Assembly (NCBI RefSeq): GCF_009834535.1
Contig: NC_045696.1
Coordinates: 119,910,001-119,974,000 of the forward strand
DNA: 64,000 nucleotides
From: Camelus ferus
Lineage: Eukaryota
Direction: 5' to 3'
Every line of letters starts with the position of its first letter. The stretch's first letter is position 1. The notes beneath the pieces were generated by a model. It was given only the letters and a program-made list of their open reading frames with translations, did no database searches and was not told where the DNA came from. The position numbers and the translations under genes were made by a program. Of this stretch, positions 61,600 to 64,000 are shown one piece after another.

Positions 61600-62760
61600 G
61601 GCCGACGCTGCGGGGTTGGCCTATATTCGGGCTGGGAGGTGAAAGGGGGTGAGGCTTCCCAGTTTCCCCACCCTGAGCTGTTCTGGGAGCAGAGGTTTTG
61701 TGACGGATCCCCGGCCAGCCGGCCGGGGCGGCTGGCCTGGAGCCGGGCCGCGGGAGGGCAGGCCGGGCCAGGCGGGCCGGGGAGGAGCGGGCCGCTGCGC
61801 TGACGGCCGCGGCCAAGAGGGGGCGGCCGCGCCCACTTCCTCCTGCGCGGGGCCTGGGGACCCAGCGGCGAGCGGCGCCTCCCGAGCGCGCGGGGCTGTG
61901 GCCAGACGGCTGGGGCTGGGCGTGCGGCGGCCGCCACCCGCGACGCTCCGGAGGCCTCCGCTCTCTTCGCGCTCCGGCCGCCCGCATGGACGCGACGCAG
62001 AGGCGGAGCCGCCCCGAGGAGCCGGCCGAGCTCCCGCTGCCAGCCCGGGACTCGGAGGAGGAGGCGGAGGAGGGGATGGAGCCGGGGCTGGAGGAGGAGG
62101 AAGAGGTGGACCCCCGGATCCAGGTAGGGCGCACTGGGGGCGCTCCGATCCCCGCAGCTACAGTCCCGAGTGCCTGCGGCCCGGGCCGGTGGGGGAGGTG
62201 TCCACATCAGTCCGAGGGCGATAAGAGAGGTTCTGAATACCAGGTTTCACCCTCACCCGGGTCACGGGGAGGCTGCAGTGCCCGCGTGGACGCGGCCTGA
62301 CTCGATCGCAGGGATTCCCCCCGCAGGACCCGGGGTTCGCCAAGCGTGCCAGGCACTGCGGGCGGATGTGCAACAAAGAGAGAAGGGGGCGGGGGCGCCG
62401 CGCCGGTATCGGGGCCCTGCCGCTGGCTTTGCGCAGCCTCCTGGCTCCGGGAGCCGGGCCGACCGCGTGGGCGCGGGTTCCCCGGGCGGTGGGCGTCGCC
62501 CCTGCAGCTGGGCGGCCACCCAAGCCTGGGGGCGCGAGCCCTCACCTGGCGGAGGTGCCCGGCCTGAGCCAGCTCCCTCCTCCTTTGATTCATTGTTAGC
62601 AAACTGAAGGCTTTATTGTCACCACGGCTCAGCCCTCCGCTTGGCCTCCCGTGGTTTAAAACCCAGCTTTTCCCCGTTCTGTGGTCGGGGGTGAACAGAG
62701 ATCAGGGACGGCCAGTGCGCAAAGCTGACGCGGGGGGAAGGCGAGGGGGCTGGCCTGGCC
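61600..62760. promoter_or_regulatory. CpG island / SH3BP5 promoter
   Basis: Dense GC/CpG sequence around the first coding exon. Confidence 0.9.
61986..62123 (+). CDS. SH3BP5: SH3BP5 (Sab; Rab11 GEF) coding exon 1
   Basis: MDATQRRSRPEEPAELPLPARDSEEEAEEGMEPGLEEEEEVDPRIQ; CAG|GTAGGG donor; 138 nt. Confidence 0.95.
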
Positions 62761-63787
62761 TCCCTTGCCTTCCTTTTTCCGGGAGATGATTAAAAAACAA
62801 TTTCCAAGCCGAGATCTCGTAGTGACAGCTTAACCCCTTCACCCTCCAAGCAAAAAGGCACAGCACACGCCTTTCCAAGGCTCTTTTTTCTACCCTTGCC
62901 ATAAATAATTTTTTAAAAAATTACTGCTTTTAAGCATGCGCTGAGATTTCTGGAGATCTAATCGGTTTTTCAGCGCACAGATCAATTAAAAGATCATTTA
63001 ATTCAGCTGTTGCGTTTAAAGGACTTGTTTTTGATAGAACAGCAAGAGAAATACCAGGTGGGAAAAATCTGCATTAAGAATTATACTAAATAAAATCAGT
63101 GTGAACGGACTGACTTGTTTTCTTAGTAGGGGAATTCTATTAACCAGATCCTTTGTTTGCAGAGTAAAATGAGTTAACTTCATGCTGGGTAATTTTTACA
63201 AAATGTCAGTTTGTAAACGTTTGTTTAAAGGGTCAGGATTAAAGCTGGTTTTAGTTGTTGTTTTGTAAACAGCTAGGTAGTTCAGATAATTGGCAGTTTG
63301 AAAAGATTTTCATCTCTATAGAAAAATACTCAACCACAGATGAGTTAATGCCAGAATTCTGCCCTTGATTTAAATCATTTCACTGGGTTTATACTTTTGG
63401 CTTGGCTTTGTTTTCTTTTATTGTCTTTTCTGCAAAGTTCTTGTTTTAAAGCAGGTGTTTTGGTTTTGATTTGGGCCCCTACACCTTTAGTAACAGGTGG
63501 CTTTACCTGAAGGCATATACCTGGAATAAATGACCTTCTAAGAAAAGACAAATTCCTAGGACTTTAAGTCATTTTTGAAAGGGACACTGTGAAGAAAAAG
63601 GTTTCAGAAATGCTGACATTGATTTCCTCTTCCAGTCAAGGCTCTACTGTTTTCTTGAGAATTAATACTGACTCGTCCCTCTTCCTACAAATTGTGCTGG
63701 AGTAATTTTGCAGGTCACGGGCTGAGTCATGCTGGAAACAAAAGACAAACCCCTGAAGTCTTTTTTTCTCTCCTTTTCCTTCATTAG

Positions 63788-63850
63788 GGGGAACTGGAGA
63801 AGTTAAATCAATCCACAGATGATATCAACAGACGGGAGACTGAACTCGAG
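63788..63850 (+). CDS. SH3BP5: SH3BP5 coding exon 2 (gene continues beyond the window)
   Basis: GELEKLNQSTDDINRRETELE; polypyrimidine tract and AG at 63786-63787, GT at 63851; 63 nt, in frame with exon 1. Confidence 0.96.
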
Positions 63851-64000
63851 GTAGGAAAGCGGGGTCCCTGTTCTTGGCGGAGTGATGCCTGGCTGGTTCA
63901 TTTTGTTTTGGTAGCTAGAGGGTGATTGCTGGCGTTCCCTCCTCCAAGTTGAGCAACAGACAGCCTGCTGCCTGACACTGAGCCCGCTGGTGGGTGGGAC

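Noticed and set aside
61230..62607. Long ORFs (325, 191, 181 aa and others) over the SH3BP5 CpG island
   Set aside because: Stop-poor GC-rich DNA giving low-complexity Arg/Pro/Gly/Ala peptides. Only 61986-62123 matches a known protein and has a proper donor.

Overview
Mammalian genomic DNA, not prokaryotic. It is very probably camelid (camel/alpaca/llama), judged from about ten copies of a tRNA-Ala(AGC)-derived SINE resembling vic-1. The window holds three genes. EAF1 is complete on the - strand (6 coding exons, ATG 14755 to TAG 5142, 269 aa). METTL6 is complete on the + strand (5 coding exons, ATG 16043 to TGA 25420, 284 aa) and lies head-to-head with EAF1 on one CpG-island promoter. The first two coding exons of SH3BP5 are on the + strand (61986-62123, 63788-63850). 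All exons were joined by hand at GT-AG junctions and the frames are continuous. The first ~350 bp are possibly the 3' end of COLQ, by synteny only. The rest is intronic or intergenic DNA rich in L1, L2, MIR, MaLR/ERV LTRs and hAT/Tigger relics; repeat family names come from my recollection of consensus sequences, not from a search. I found no novel multi-gene system. The most unusual sequence-supported items are retrotransposition events: an apparent SINE 3' transduction, one target site used by both a SINE and an L1, a SINE dimer inside one TSD pair, and a tailless SINE. Weaker candidates are a Ser-codon-rich uORF in METTL6 (a tRNA-Ser methyltransferase) and an upstream first exon of SH3BP5.
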